A stretch of DNA of 64,000 nucleotides, from assembly GCA_965247115.1 (NCBI GenBank), contig CBDFGR010000003.1, positions 2,528,001 to 2,592,000 of the forward strand, given 5' to 3'. The notes under the pieces are model-generated. The model saw only the letters and a list, made by a program, of their open reading frames with translations, was not told the origin of the DNA and did not search any database. Position numbers and translations under genes: made by a program. This document shows positions 1 through 9,838 of this stretch, in pieces. Every line of letters begins with the position of its first letter. Position 1 is the first letter of the stretch. This DNA comes from Myxococcota bacterium (GTDB lineage: Bacteria; Myxococcota_A; UBA9160; SZUA-336).

Positions 1-1556
1 GTCACCGTGGTACTGATCTGGCTGAAGCTCTGGCTCGCGACCGGGGGCGTCCCATTGACCGCAATGCGAATGCTCTCGACCATGAAGCCGTTCGGATTCG
101 CAGTGGTGAGCGTCGGGAAACAGAACTGGTAGCTGTACGCATCGAACTCGCTGATCTCGAACTCGATGTAGTCGCCCACATCAAGGTAGTCATCCAGGCC
201 GAAGCGCAGGGTGAACCTGTCGAGCGCCCCCGCGCTGTAGTTCTGCATGATCTGAGTGGGCGTGAGCGCCACGTTGTAGATGGCCACGTGCTTCATCTGA
301 CCCATCCAGAGCCGGTTGTCGCTGGTCTCGTTCCCGAGCACGAATGTGTAGGTTGGATCCCAGTTCACGAGAGACTCCGCAGCGAACTCGTCCACGTCAT
401 CTGTGAACTGGCCGTTCACGTAGATCCGTCGGCCGCTCGTCTGGTCGTACGTCGATACGACGTGCTGCAGCGTGGCCTGCAGGTCCTCGTCTGCGTCCGC
501 AGTCTCGAGTGCTGGCGTCCCGTTGATGCCGATGTTCGGGTCCATGTTGCGGTTCCGGAAGTTGTAGTTGTACAGGGACTGCCCCAGGGTGAAGTTCCGT
601 GCCCCGGTCCCCTGTGAATAGGTCACGATCCGGGCGGGTCCCTCTTGGATCACGTTTCCAGGCGTGATCCAGGCCTCGATCGAGTAGGCCTGGCTGCCGT
701 TCCCGCTCGCGATCATGTCGAACAGCTTCTGGCTATCCGTCGGGTTCGACGTCGCCTTTCCGCTGACGATGTTGATCCCGCCACCAGGGATCCACTCGGT
801 GCCCGTGAGGGTGAGATCCATCGCGGGCTGCACGCCCGACAGATCGCTCGTGACGTCTCCCTGCTCCTCCTCAAAGGTCCAAAGGGCAATGATGTTCCCG
901 TCAAAGCGCTGCACGTCGACCTGGGTCGCGTTTGCAAAGCTGTTGGTAAAGCTGGCAAGCACGCCGCCGGGCATCGCCGTGCCGGTGCCGGTGCCGCCGC
1001 CGGTCGTCCCCGTTGCGGGCGTGAAGCCGAACAGGTTGCCCCACTCGACGATCGCGGCCGACATCTCGGCCCCGTCCATGGCGCAGTCGCCGCTCCAGCA
1101 GAAGTGGTTGTCCGTGACCAGCCGCTCGACGAGCCGACTGGAGTCGGGCGTCGCAAAGTTGACCTTCTGGTTGTCCACGACCGCGCGATACGCGGTTCCA
1201 ACATCGGGATGCGCGATGTGCGGGAAGCCCGGTCCTGCGCCAGCGTGACAGTTCACGCAGTACAGCTCCGTCAGCGGATAGACCGTCTGCGCGAAGGCAG
1301 CCTCCGGGTCCATGATTCCGGTCGGTGTCGGCGTGGGGGTGAAGACCGGATCCGGAGCTCCGGCGACCGGGTCTCCAGCGACGGGATCCCCGGCGGCCGG
1401 GGCTCCAGCAACCGGACCCGAGGAGCCCGTTGACGCGGTCGTTGCTCCGGACGAACTCCCTCCGCTGCCGCCACCGCAGGCGGAGACGGCAAAGAGAAGC
1501 GCGACAACCAGAGCGCCTAGCTGTTTCGAGTGTGCTGAGTGAGTGAGAGCTCTCAT
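1..1556 (-). CDS. LamG/concanavalin-A-like domain lipoprotein with one CxxCH heme-c motif (3' end runs off the window)
   Basis: Absent from the ORF track because it has no stop in the window. Read by hand from ATG 1556 (GGAGG upstream): MRALTHSAHSKQLGALVVALLFAVSAC-GGGSGG lipobox, PVAGxP repeats, YCVNCH, then LamG-like IALWTFEE...YSIEAWITP...LQHVVSTYD...RIYVNG...VAIYNVALT. Confidence 0.8.
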   Translation of the reverse strand, partial: MRALTHSAHSKQLGALVVALLFAVSACGGGSGGSSSGATTASTGSSGPVAGAPAAGDPVAGDPVAGAPDPVFTPTPTPTGIMDPEAAFAQTVYPLTELYCVNCHAGAGPGFPHIAHPDVGTAYRAVVDNQKVNFATPDSSRLVERLVTDNHFCWSGDCAMDGAEMSAAIVEWGNLFGFTPATGTTGGGTGTGTAMPGGVLASFTNSFANATQVDVQRFDGNIIALWTFEEEQGDVTSDLSGVQPAMDLTLTGTEWIPGGGINIVSGKATSNPTDSQKLFDMIASGNGSQAYSIEAWITPGNVIQEGPARIVTYSQGTGARNFTLGQSLYNYNFRNRNMDPNIGINGTPALETADADEDLQATLQHVVSTYDQTSGRRIYVNGQFTDDVDEFAAESLVNWDPTYTFVLGNETSDNRLWMGQMKHVAIYNVALTPTQIMQNYSAGALDRFTLRFGLDDYLDVGDYIEFEISEFDAYSYQFCFPTLTTANPNGFMVESIRIAVNGTPPVASQSFSQISTTV

Positions 1557-1596
1557 CGATGCCTCCGAGGGGTTCCGGTGTGGGTACGACATGGCC

Positions 1597-2769
1597 TCAG
1601 TCCCCCATGCAGTACGCCGAGACCTCGGCGAACACGCGCTTCATGCTGTAGTTCTGCGCCTCGAAGACATCTGCGACGCGCTCGACCTCGGTGCGATCCG
1701 TCGGGTTGCCCGGTGGCTCCAGACAGATGTGTTCGAAGACCTTCTCCACCTGGCACTGCGAGAACGCGCGGCTCTGCGCGACCTCCTGCCCCAGGCTCTT
1801 GGGTCCGTTGCCTGACGATGCGGCGGCGCGCCAGCCGAGCATTGCGTTCGGTCCCTCGCGCCAGTAGTTCGTCCAGCTGTCATCGACGGTCACGTAGCCG
1901 AAGGGGAAGGCCCCCTCATTGATCAGGTACTTTGGCTGGACCATGCCAGGCGTGTAGATCACGCGCGAAACCGCGTCATCCCACTCGAAGTAGGCAAAGG
2001 CGCCGTTCAGCGGGTCCATGCCGTTGTGGCAGCCGACGCACTTGTTGTGAAAGATGCGACTATCGCCGCCCGGACTCCGCGTGACGTCCTGACGGACTCG
2101 ATCGGAAGACCGGGTGATGTCGTTCAGCGCCTCCATATCGCGGCACAGAAAGTTCATGCCCGTGAAGCGCCAGATTCGCCGGTTCGTTCCCGCCTTGAGA
2201 AAGGCTTCGCCAGCGGCCCGAGTCGTCAGAACTCCCGCCGTATCCGCGGCGGTGAGCTGGGCATCGAGTAGTGCGGACTGCGCCATCGGAACGAGCATCG
2301 CGGGATCGCTCAGATCCACGCGGTTCTGCTCGAGATCCTCGTAGTGGGCGTTGTCCGTGTGTGCGTACGGGGTGTTCGACGCGCCTGGTCCACCGACATA
2401 GACCAGATCCGCCGTCAGCACGTCCGTGAACGGACGGTCGTCGCGGATGATCCCGATCGCGGTCGCCGTGTAGTCGTTCAGCGGCGCGAATACGGTCTGT
2501 GCCTCGTTGGTCCAAGGCGTGATGAAGTTCTTCAGCGCCGAGCTGTAGAAGAGCGGATGCTCCATCGCGCGATAGGCGGCGCCAATCGCGTCTCCGTTGA
2601 GCACCATGCCCTCTAGCAGGTCGAGCTCGGCCGACGTAGGAGGTACGCCAACCAGACGATCGTGAATGCGCTTCGCCTGCTCGCGAGGTCCCGCTGCAGC
2701 GGGCAGCGCGAAGGCGAGGGTCAGGGCGAGCACGGCAGCACTAGCCTGCCGGCGACTCGGATATGTCAT
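1597..2769 (-). CDS. Exported hypothetical protein with a CxxCH motif (putative c-type cytochrome)
   Basis: 390 aa, signal peptide (LPAAA-GP), KCVGCH motif, directly upstream of the LamG gene. Confidence 0.75.
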   Translation of the reverse strand: MTYPSRRQASAAVLALTLAFALPAAAGPREQAKRIHDRLVGVPPTSAELDLLEGMVLNGDAIGAAYRAMEHPLFYSSALKNFITPWTNEAQTVFAPLNDYTATAIGIIRDDRPFTDVLTADLVYVGGPGASNTPYAHTDNAHYEDLEQNRVDLSDPAMLVPMAQSALLDAQLTAADTAGVLTTRAAGEAFLKAGTNRRIWRFTGMNFLCRDMEALNDITRSSDRVRQDVTRSPGGDSRIFHNKCVGCHNGMDPLNGAFAYFEWDDAVSRVIYTPGMVQPKYLINEGAFPFGYVTVDDSWTNYWREGPNAMLGWRAAASSGNGPKSLGQEVAQSRAFSQCQVEKVFEHICLEPPGNPTDRTEVERVADVFEAQNYSMKRVFAEVSAYCMGD

Positions 2770-3030
2770 CTCATTCTCCCCATGCCCCGTCGAGATCCAG
2801 GGCTGAGGTGACTTATCGGTCGCTCACGTGGACAACTTGTGACTCTTTTGGAGTTTTTTTGAAGGCAGCGTTCTTTCGACGACAGACCGCGACACTAGCG
2901 TCGTAGCTGCACCCGAAGATCGAGCCAGACTGCCGTTGCCGCCACTCGGGAAGGCGCAGATTACACATCCCGTGTGGCCCGGCCGACAAAGAGGGTGGAG
3001 GCGGCCCTTAGGCGAAGTAAGGAGCAGGTC

Positions 3031-3543
3031 ATGGGCTACCGCACACGATCAACGGTGCTCACGTGGACGTTGGCAGCAGCGCTGGCGCTGGCTGCACAGC
3101 CAGGCCTCGCACTGGAAGCAGGTCAGCGTGCGCCGCAGTTCGCCGTGGACTCCCTGCTGGGGGACAAGGGCGTGGCGCTGAGCGCGTACCGCGGCAAGGT
3201 CGTCTACCTCGACTTCTGGGCCTCCTGGTGCGCCCCGTGTCTGATCGCCCTTCCCGAGCTCGAGAAGTTGCGGAAGGAGTTTCCAGCGGCGCAGTTCCAG
3301 GTGCTCTCCGTGAACCTCGACCGCGACCTGGACAAGGCGCGCCGCTTCCTGCGCGACAACGACGTGAACTATCCCAGTGGCACCGATCCAGAAGGCCGCA
3401 TCGCGGACAGCTACGGCCTCGACACCATGCCCTCATCGTACCTGATCGATAGCAAGGGCGTCGTTCGCTACGTGCATCGCGGCTTCCGCGCCGGTGACAT
3501 CGACGAGATCCGGCAGCACATCCGGAAGCTGCTGAGACGCTGA
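3031..3543 (+). CDS. TlpA-family thioredoxin-like disulfide reductase
   Basis: YRGKVVYLDFWASWCAPC motif, signal peptide, AAGGAG before ATG 3031. Confidence 0.9.
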   Translation: MGYRTRSTVLTWTLAAALALAAQPGLALEAGQRAPQFAVDSLLGDKGVALSAYRGKVVYLDFWASWCAPCLIALPELEKLRKEFPAAQFQVLSVNLDRDLDKARRFLRDNDVNYPSGTDPEGRIADSYGLDTMPSSYLIDSKGVVRYVHRGFRAGDIDEIRQHIRKLLRR

Positions 3544-3980
3544 TGCGTCGGCTCCGCCCCCTCGTCGCCATCGTCCTGGTGGGAGGAATGTTCTCGCTGA
3601 CAGGCTGCCTCTGGGGTGGCGACAACGAGCGCAAGAGCTACTGGCGTCGCGTAGAGAGGATGGCCGACAGTCACAGCTCAGAACGCGCAGGGAGCTCCGC
3701 GCCGACGCGCGCGAGGGAGCGCAGCTCCTCGCGTGAGTCCGAGCGCCCGAGACGCCTCACCCACGAGGGGGGCACGAGGACGCGCGCGTTCCTGGATTTC
3801 CTGCTCGTCCACGGCTGGCTCGTGCGAGTCAAGCCCTGGGAACGCGATCTGGTCGCACTGAAGGAAATGGGGTGGGAGCCGGACTCCCTCCAGTCGCTGC
3901 GGCGGACTCACATCTACTTCAGCAAGGAAGCCTCCCTCGTCGGGGGCAGCGCGGGCGGTGGCGGCTGCGGCTGCAACTGA
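3543..3980 (+). CDS. DUF4266-domain lipoprotein
   Basis: LTGC lipobox; C-terminal VKPWER...HIYFSKEAS..GGGCGCN signature. Confidence 0.85.
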   Translation: MRRLRPLVAIVLVGGMFSLTGCLWGGDNERKSYWRRVERMADSHSSERAGSSAPTRARERSSSRESERPRRLTHEGGTRTRAFLDFLLVHGWLVRVKPWERDLVALKEMGWEPDSLQSLRRTHIYFSKEASLVGGSAGGGGCGCN

Positions 3981-4001
3981 GCGCATTCGGAGGGGCGAGG
4001 G

Positions 4002-5273
4002 ATGAGGGTGAGGGCACGGCGCAGGCAACAGCGTAGGGAACAGGCTCGCGCGCTCCGGCGTCTGCGCGGGAGCCCGACCTTCCGCGCGCTCTGGTCCGGC
4101 GCAATGGCACTTGCGGGTCCAGCGGGCGCGGCGCTGGCCGACTCGCCGGCCGATCGCTGGTCCGTCGAGTACAACCACAGCTTTTACAAAGAGGACGATC
4201 TGGACATCGCGAAGGGCCTCGTGGGCGGCGAGACCGGCCGCTACGAGATCGAGATGCAACAGTTCAGCGTCCGGGCCCCGTTCTCTGACCGCTGGGATCT
4301 CGCCCTGGACATCGTCATCGAGGAGATGTCCGGCGCGAGTCCGATGTACGTGGTTCCGGACGCGGCGGGACAGCCCGTACAGGTGATGAGCGGCGCCTCG
4401 ATCGAAGACGAGCGAAGGGACTTCCTGGTCACCTCGAACCGCTACTTCGACAACGGCCGCCTCGGCTTCTCCGGCGGGCACTCGAGCGAGAAGGACTACT
4501 CCGCCATCAACGCGGGCATCGACGGCGAGACTCACTTCAATGAGGGGAACACGACCCTCTCTGCCGGGCTCGGGATGTCCTTCGACACGATCGAGCCGAC
4601 CGATGCCGCCCTCTTCACCACCCGCCCCGACGAGGAGGACAAGCAGACCTACTCTGTGCTCGTGGGTCTTTCGCAGATCCTCAATCGCGCGACCTTGCTA
4701 CAGACGAGTCTTACGTACCAGTACGGGACGGGATACCTGTCCGACCCGTACAAGCAGGTCTTCGTGCTCGGAGGAATCTTCCTGCCCGACGAGCGGCCCG
4801 ATGTCCGGCACCAGTTCGCATGGCTCTCGCGCTTCCGTGGGCACGTACGCGAGCTAGCCGGCACGCTGCACGCCGACTACACGTTCTCCTGGGACGACTG
4901 GGGTATCAACGCGAACACCTTCGAGATTGCCTGGTACCAGAAGCTGGGCGAGAACCTGCTGATCGTCCCCTCCGCACGCTACTACGCTCAGTCGCAGTCG
5001 AGCTTCTACGTCCCGTACTTCGCGACCCCTCCGCCGGTCGGCAGCACCTACTCGAGCGATTACAGGTTGTCGTCGTACGGTTCCCTCGAGCTCGGGATCA
5101 AGGCGGAGTACACGGCGAGCGGGAGATGGACGCTGGATCACGACATCATCCTCACCCTGACCTGGGATCGCTACTTCTCGAGTGAGGACCTGTCCCTGCA
5201 GGATCATGCGCAGGAAGCGCCAGGGCTCGTCTCGTACTCCGTCTTTACGGTTGGCATCGGGCTGCGTTGGTGA
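4002..5273 (+). CDS. DUF3570 outer-membrane beta-barrel protein, probable ApbE flavinylation substrate
   Basis: Two SGAS motifs (EEMSGAS, QVMSGAS), GYLSDPYK, YSSDYRLS, C-terminal aromatic residue; lies between DUF4266 and apbE. Confidence 0.85.
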   Translation: MRVRARRRQQRREQARALRRLRGSPTFRALWSGAMALAGPAGAALADSPADRWSVEYNHSFYKEDDLDIAKGLVGGETGRYEIEMQQFSVRAPFSDRWDLALDIVIEEMSGASPMYVVPDAAGQPVQVMSGASIEDERRDFLVTSNRYFDNGRLGFSGGHSSEKDYSAINAGIDGETHFNEGNTTLSAGLGMSFDTIEPTDAALFTTRPDEEDKQTYSVLVGLSQILNRATLLQTSLTYQYGTGYLSDPYKQVFVLGGIFLPDERPDVRHQFAWLSRFRGHVRELAGTLHADYTFSWDDWGINANTFEIAWYQKLGENLLIVPSARYYAQSQSSFYVPYFATPPPVGSTYSSDYRLSSYGSLELGIKAEYTASGRWTLDHDIILTLTWDRYFSSEDLSLQDHAQEAPGLVSYSVFTVGIGLRW

Positions 5274-5274
5274 G

Positions 5275-6255
5275 ATGCGGCTGGGCCGCTACGAATTCCG
5301 CGCGATGGGGAGTCCGTGCGAGCTCAAGCTCTACGGCGCAGCGGGGGACGCCCTCGATCCCGTAGCCGAGGCTGGAATTCGCGAGGTTCGGCGTCTCGAA
5401 CGCAAGTACTCGCGCTATCGCGACGACAGCCTGCTCAGTGCGATCAACCGCAGCGCTGGAGACCCGCAGGGAATCGACGTTGATCCCGAGACGTCGGGCT
5501 TGCTCGACTTTGCGGAGACTTGCTTTCGGCACAGCGAGGGCCTCTTCGACATCACGTCGGGAGTGTTGCGCCACGTGTGGGACTTTCGGTCCGGTCGGCT
5601 CCCGACGCGACAAGCAGTGAATGCCGTGCGCAGCCGGATCGGCTGGCAGCGCGTGCACTGGAAGCGCCCGCGCCTGGTGCTTCCCGATCACGACATGGAG
5701 CTCGACCTGGGCGGCCTCGTAAAGGAGTACGCCGTCGACCGCTGTGCCGAGCGCTGCCGGGCTCTGGGAGTGAGTCGCGGCCTGGTCGATCTGGGGGGCG
5801 ACCTGGCGGCGATCGGCCCCCACCCGGACGGCCACCCCTGGATCGTTGGCATCCGCGACCCGCGACGGCCCCGAGAGGCGCTGGCCTCCATCCCCGTCGG
5901 CCGGGCCTGTGTCGCGAGCAGCGGAGACTACGAGCGCTTCATGATCGTCGACGGCGTGCGCTACGGACACATCCTCGATCCGCGAACGGGCTGGCCCGTA
6001 AGCGGTCTTGCGGGAGTCAGCGTTGTCGCCCCGCTCTGCCTGATCGCGGGCACAGCCTCCACCATCGCCATGCTCAAGGGCGAACGCGACGGCAGCGCCT
6101 GGCTGGACTCGCTCGGCCTGGCAAACCTCCGCGTCACCCAGTCCGGCGTAGTCTCAGGAACGCTCCAGAAAAGCACTCGAACACCACTCTCCCGTTCCAC
6201 TAACGAAGGGAGCGTCCGATGCGGAAGCGGTGGCCGTTCGGATCCTCGATCGTGA
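5275..6255 (+). CDS. apbE: FAD:protein FMN transferase ApbE
   Basis: FRAMGS, FDIT, LDLGGLVKEYAVD, DLGGD, ASSGDYER and HILDPRTG motifs. Confidence 0.92.
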   Translation: MRLGRYEFRAMGSPCELKLYGAAGDALDPVAEAGIREVRRLERKYSRYRDDSLLSAINRSAGDPQGIDVDPETSGLLDFAETCFRHSEGLFDITSGVLRHVWDFRSGRLPTRQAVNAVRSRIGWQRVHWKRPRLVLPDHDMELDLGGLVKEYAVDRCAERCRALGVSRGLVDLGGDLAAIGPHPDGHPWIVGIRDPRRPREALASIPVGRACVASSGDYERFMIVDGVRYGHILDPRTGWPVSGLAGVSVVAPLCLIAGTASTIAMLKGERDGSAWLDSLGLANLRVTQSGVVSGTLQKSTRTPLSRSTNEGSVRCGSGGRSDPRS

Positions 6256-6541
6256 ACTCGCGCATGCGCCAGGGTTTGTTTCCGATCTCCGACAGGATCC
6301 TCGCACCTCGCTCGCGACACACGGCATAGAGGAAATCCGCGTCGTCGACCCTGACGCAGCAGCACATGCTCGACCAGGGAGGATCGGATCGCTCCAGGAA
6401 GATCTCGCTGTTCCCGAGCTGGACCGCGCCGAAGCGTTCCCCATCGGTATAGGTGATCTCAAAGTCCAGGATCTCGCGGAACCACTGCTGCGCCTGCGCC
6501 ACATCGGCAACCGGCAGCTGCGGCGTGATGGTCTTCCACAC
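6200..6541 (-). CDS. VOC/glyoxalase (bleomycin-resistance-like) protein
   Basis: ITPQLPVADV...KPWRMREFTIEDPNGHRFRIG. Confidence 0.85.
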   Translation of the reverse strand: MWKTITPQLPVADVAQAQQWFREILDFEITYTDGERFGAVQLGNSEIFLERSDPPWSSMCCCVRVDDADFLYAVCRERGARILSEIGNKPWRMREFTIEDPNGHRFRIGRSLR

Positions 6542-6544
6542 GGT

Positions 6545-7147
6545 TTAGGAGGCCGGAGCCTCGTCCGCGACTGTCAGCGCCTCCTGCAGGCAACACAGCA
6601 GACGACCGTAGAGACCGATCTTCAGGCCCTCGAGCACGGCGAAGCCGATGAGCGCGAAGATGCTCGAGGTGAGCGCGAGAGCCACCGCGCTGAGCTCCAA
6701 CGAGCCATCCGCCAGGTGCATCGAAAGGAAGAGCACGAGCAAGCCGCCAGTCGTCCCGATGAACCCGATCGGTGGCAAGATGTTCGAGTACATGGAAATG
6801 CGTCGGGCGTAATTGGCGTCGTACTCATTCACCACGTACTGGCGAGTCGCGTCGATCACAAATTCCATCGGATAGCTCTGGTCATCGCGAACCGACTTGC
6901 GCAGGACCCGGAGCATGAGCACAGAGATCGGCTTCACGTGGTGGCGCCCGCCCTTGGTCCCGCCCTCCCGCAGAGCGCGACGCAGCGCGCTCGGTCCCAG
7001 GCTGCGCGTGGCAACCCGTGCCTCGAAGAAGATCTTGAGGCCGCGGTAGAAGGGAATCCAGACGGCGAGCAACGAGCAGGCGCTCACGAGCGCCGTGGTG
7101 GCGACCTCACCGGAGAACATCGAACCGATGTCCAGCTCGTCGAACAT
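6545..7147 (-). CDS. MotA/TolQ/ExbB proton-channel family protein
   Basis: One N-terminal TM plus NILPPIGFIGTTGGL and ALALTSSIFAL TM pair; start taken at MFDELD. Confidence 0.8.
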   Translation of the reverse strand: MFDELDIGSMFSGEVATTALVSACSLLAVWIPFYRGLKIFFEARVATRSLGPSALRRALREGGTKGGRHHVKPISVLMLRVLRKSVRDDQSYPMEFVIDATRQYVVNEYDANYARRISMYSNILPPIGFIGTTGGLLVLFLSMHLADGSLELSAVALALTSSIFALIGFAVLEGLKIGLYGRLLCCLQEALTVADEAPAS

Positions 7148-7151
7148 GCGA

Positions 7152-7730
7152 CTAGCCGTGCGGGAGCGGCTCAGGCCAACGACCGGGTCGGCTGCCACTC
7201 TCCCGCTCGCCCAGGGCGCGCAGAGCATCGAGCATGGTGCTCTGCTCCCCCAACGGATACTCCACCAGCATGCTGGCGCGTCCCTCGAAGCGGCGCTGGA
7301 TATCGTCGATGGCCCGTAGAGCGCGGCGACGCTCGCCCAGCTCGATCAGGACCTCGGCCGCGACGAAGCGCATGCCGGCCTCCAGGGTCGTGAGAGCGGG
7401 CTCCTCGCTCGCCGCAGCGCCGCTGAGTAGCGGCTGCACGTGTCCGTCCAGGAACAGGAGCACGAACTCCTCGAAGCGTGCGTTCGGACCCTGTGGGTGC
7501 AGGCGCAGGCTCGCCAGGGTGGCACCGAAGTGCGCCAGGTCACGAGACGCGCGCTGCATCTCGCGCTTTCGCTGCTCCAGAGCCTCGCCGGTGAGCGCGA
7601 CCGTCGACTCGCCGCTGGTCACTTTGATGGGCTCGAGCTTCACCGGGGTCGCGAGGCAGGACGCGAGACCCAGGGCGAGCAACCCGAGCAGTGCCCCGCT
7701 TTGCCAGCGGCGTGCTTCGAACGCGCTCAT
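7152..7730 (-). CDS. Hypothetical lipoprotein
   Basis: LGLASC lipobox, GGAGGAG before ATG 7730, tightly packed in the operon. Confidence 0.7.
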   Translation of the reverse strand: MSAFEARRWQSGALLGLLALGLASCLATPVKLEPIKVTSGESTVALTGEALEQRKREMQRASRDLAHFGATLASLRLHPQGPNARFEEFVLLFLDGHVQPLLSGAAASEEPALTTLEAGMRFVAAEVLIELGERRRALRAIDDIQRRFEGRASMLVEYPLGEQSTMLDALRALGERESGSRPGRWPEPLPHG

Positions 7731-7754
7731 GCGAACGTCTCCTCCGGTCATAGG

Positions 7755-9824
7755 CTAGGACTCGCTCTCGTGGTAGAGCCGCCGCAGCAGCTCGTGCACG
7801 GGATGGTCGCGCTGCCCGGCCAGCGCCCGCGCCAGCTCGTTCTCGTCGAGCACGGCCTTGTACAGCGGCAATGCGCGCGTGCGGGCCTCGATCTGACGTT
7901 CCAGTCGAGTCAGCGTTCCGGAAGTCTCCGAGAGCTCGCGGGTAACGTCGTGGAGATTCGTCGGAGGCGTCCAGCTCGAGTCGTCCGGGGGAGCAGCAGG
8001 CGCGGCCGGAGGCGCGTCGCCTTTCATCCGCTCGCGCGTGGCGGTGAGCAGGGCGACGCGCTCGACGAGCAGCTGCCTACGTGTCCGCAGCTCCTCGAGG
8101 CTGGTCTCCAGGTCCATCAGGCCGGAGCCCTCTGCGTAGCCCAGGTACATGACCGCGAGCCCATCCGCGAGGGCTCGGCGCATGACACGCAGGCGTGTCG
8201 ACTCCGGCGCGTTGTTCTGGATCCAGGCGTCCAGCACGCGGGAACGAGCCGTGGCGTCCGCAATGGGCTGCACGAGCTCCAGGTAGTTGTTCGCGCGCCC
8301 CCGCCGATCCAGGGCAGCGCGGACAGCCGGCCACAGCTCGTGGTCGAAGGGGAAGATGCGCAGCGCCTGCACGTAGCGCTGGGTGGCGAGGCCAAGCTCG
8401 GTCCCTGTCGACGCGGCAGAGGGATATGCGAGAAACGCATCGCCGTAACCCCGGGCCGCGTCGTAGGCCGCAAAGTAGGCCGAGTCAGGCACACCCTCGC
8501 GACGTTCGCCGGTCACGTAGCGCTGGAAGAAGTCGAGGTAGTGGGCGTAGATGCTGGCCGCGCTGCGAACATGATGGGGTGCGCGGTGGGGTGCCTCGAG
8601 ACTGCGCGACAGGTGGAAGGCCGCCGCGTTGAGGCTGGCCTCCTGGATCTCCTGCCAGAGCCTGCGCATGCCGTCCAGGTAGCCCTTGCGGCCGCTGCCG
8701 CGGTAACCGAGTCGCTCCCAGCCGCCCTCCGGCGCCTCGTATAGCGCGTCGTACACCTGCATGGCCTTGGAGATCGTGAAGGGGGTCTCCACCTCTCGAT
8801 CCACCCCGAGGCGCTGCTTGGCGGCGTACATCTCACCGAGCTGGCGCAGCCCCCGCGTGAACACAGCGGTGTGTCCCTGTACCGTGCGCGATCGCTCCAT
8901 CGCATCCTGGTAGGCGCCGGTGGAGACGTGGAACACCTCCATGGCGTCGGGACTGAGCCCCTCCGCGGCGAGCAGGGAGCGGGCTCGGTCGTGCACCTTG
9001 CGCGCCTCAAAGAGTGCCAGTGTGAAGGTCAGACTTCCGCTGTCGGACTCCGGGCCGTTCAGGCGACGCACGATCCGGTCCAGGTACCCGAAGGACGAGG
9101 CCTCCTTCGGGACCACGCCCGGATGCTGGCCCACACGGCCGTCGTGCAGCATGCGCACCACCGCGCCGAGCGCATCGAGTCCGCGATCCAGCCGCATCTC
9201 CTGCGTGCGGATCAAGATCAGTCGAGTCAGATTCTCGAACACATACGGCAGAGCCGAGGCAAAACCCGCGCTGGCCGAGTGGCTGAGGGAGAGCGTTCGC
9301 AGCGTCTCGTACGGAGCTTCGAGTGGCGTGACCACGTGCAGCCACAGGTCCAGCACGTGCACCACGAAGGCGCCAGGGTCGCGGGCTTCCAGGGCCTCGT
9401 GCGCGAGGATGTAGTGGTACCAGTAGCGGTTCTCGTGCCGTCCGAGGTGCGCGTCGAGGTCGCGGACGGCGGCCACACTGACGTCCAGCGGATGCGAGTC
9501 GCCGCTCGCCAGGTAGAGCAGCAGGTAGGCGATTGCTTTGCGGCGCAGCGCGTGCTCGTCCAGGTCGCGGCGCGCCTCGAACTCCTGGGCCAGGTAGGCC
9601 TCGAGCGTCATGCCGGCCTGCGTTCCATACTCGTCGAGTCGCCCGCGCAGCGCCTCGGGCTCTGCGGACGAGTAGACGTAGGCGTAGTCGAGGTACGCAC
9701 CCCAGGGATTCTCGGTCTCCGTCCAGGCCGATCCCGGTAGCGAGCACAGGACCAGCAGGGCCAGGGACGCCAGGATCCACTCCCGCGTCTCCAGCAGCGC
9801 CCTCCACGCAACGGGAATCTTCAT
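7755..9824 (-). CDS. Large exported alpha-helical hypothetical protein
   Basis: About 690 aa ORF with signal-like N-terminus and coiled-coil C-terminus; sits within the operon. Confidence 0.75.
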   Translation of the reverse strand: MKIPVAWRALLETREWILASLALLVLCSLPGSAWTETENPWGAYLDYAYVYSSAEPEALRGRLDEYGTQAGMTLEAYLAQEFEARRDLDEHALRRKAIAYLLLYLASGDSHPLDVSVAAVRDLDAHLGRHENRYWYHYILAHEALEARDPGAFVVHVLDLWLHVVTPLEAPYETLRTLSLSHSASAGFASALPYVFENLTRLILIRTQEMRLDRGLDALGAVVRMLHDGRVGQHPGVVPKEASSFGYLDRIVRRLNGPESDSGSLTFTLALFEARKVHDRARSLLAAEGLSPDAMEVFHVSTGAYQDAMERSRTVQGHTAVFTRGLRQLGEMYAAKQRLGVDREVETPFTISKAMQVYDALYEAPEGGWERLGYRGSGRKGYLDGMRRLWQEIQEASLNAAAFHLSRSLEAPHRAPHHVRSAASIYAHYLDFFQRYVTGERREGVPDSAYFAAYDAARGYGDAFLAYPSAASTGTELGLATQRYVQALRIFPFDHELWPAVRAALDRRGRANNYLELVQPIADATARSRVLDAWIQNNAPESTRLRVMRRALADGLAVMYLGYAEGSGLMDLETSLEELRTRRQLLVERVALLTATRERMKGDAPPAAPAAPPDDSSWTPPTNLHDVTRELSETSGTLTRLERQIEARTRALPLYKAVLDENELARALAGQRDHPVHELLRRLYHESES

Positions 9825-9838
9825 CTCTGGCTCGGCTC

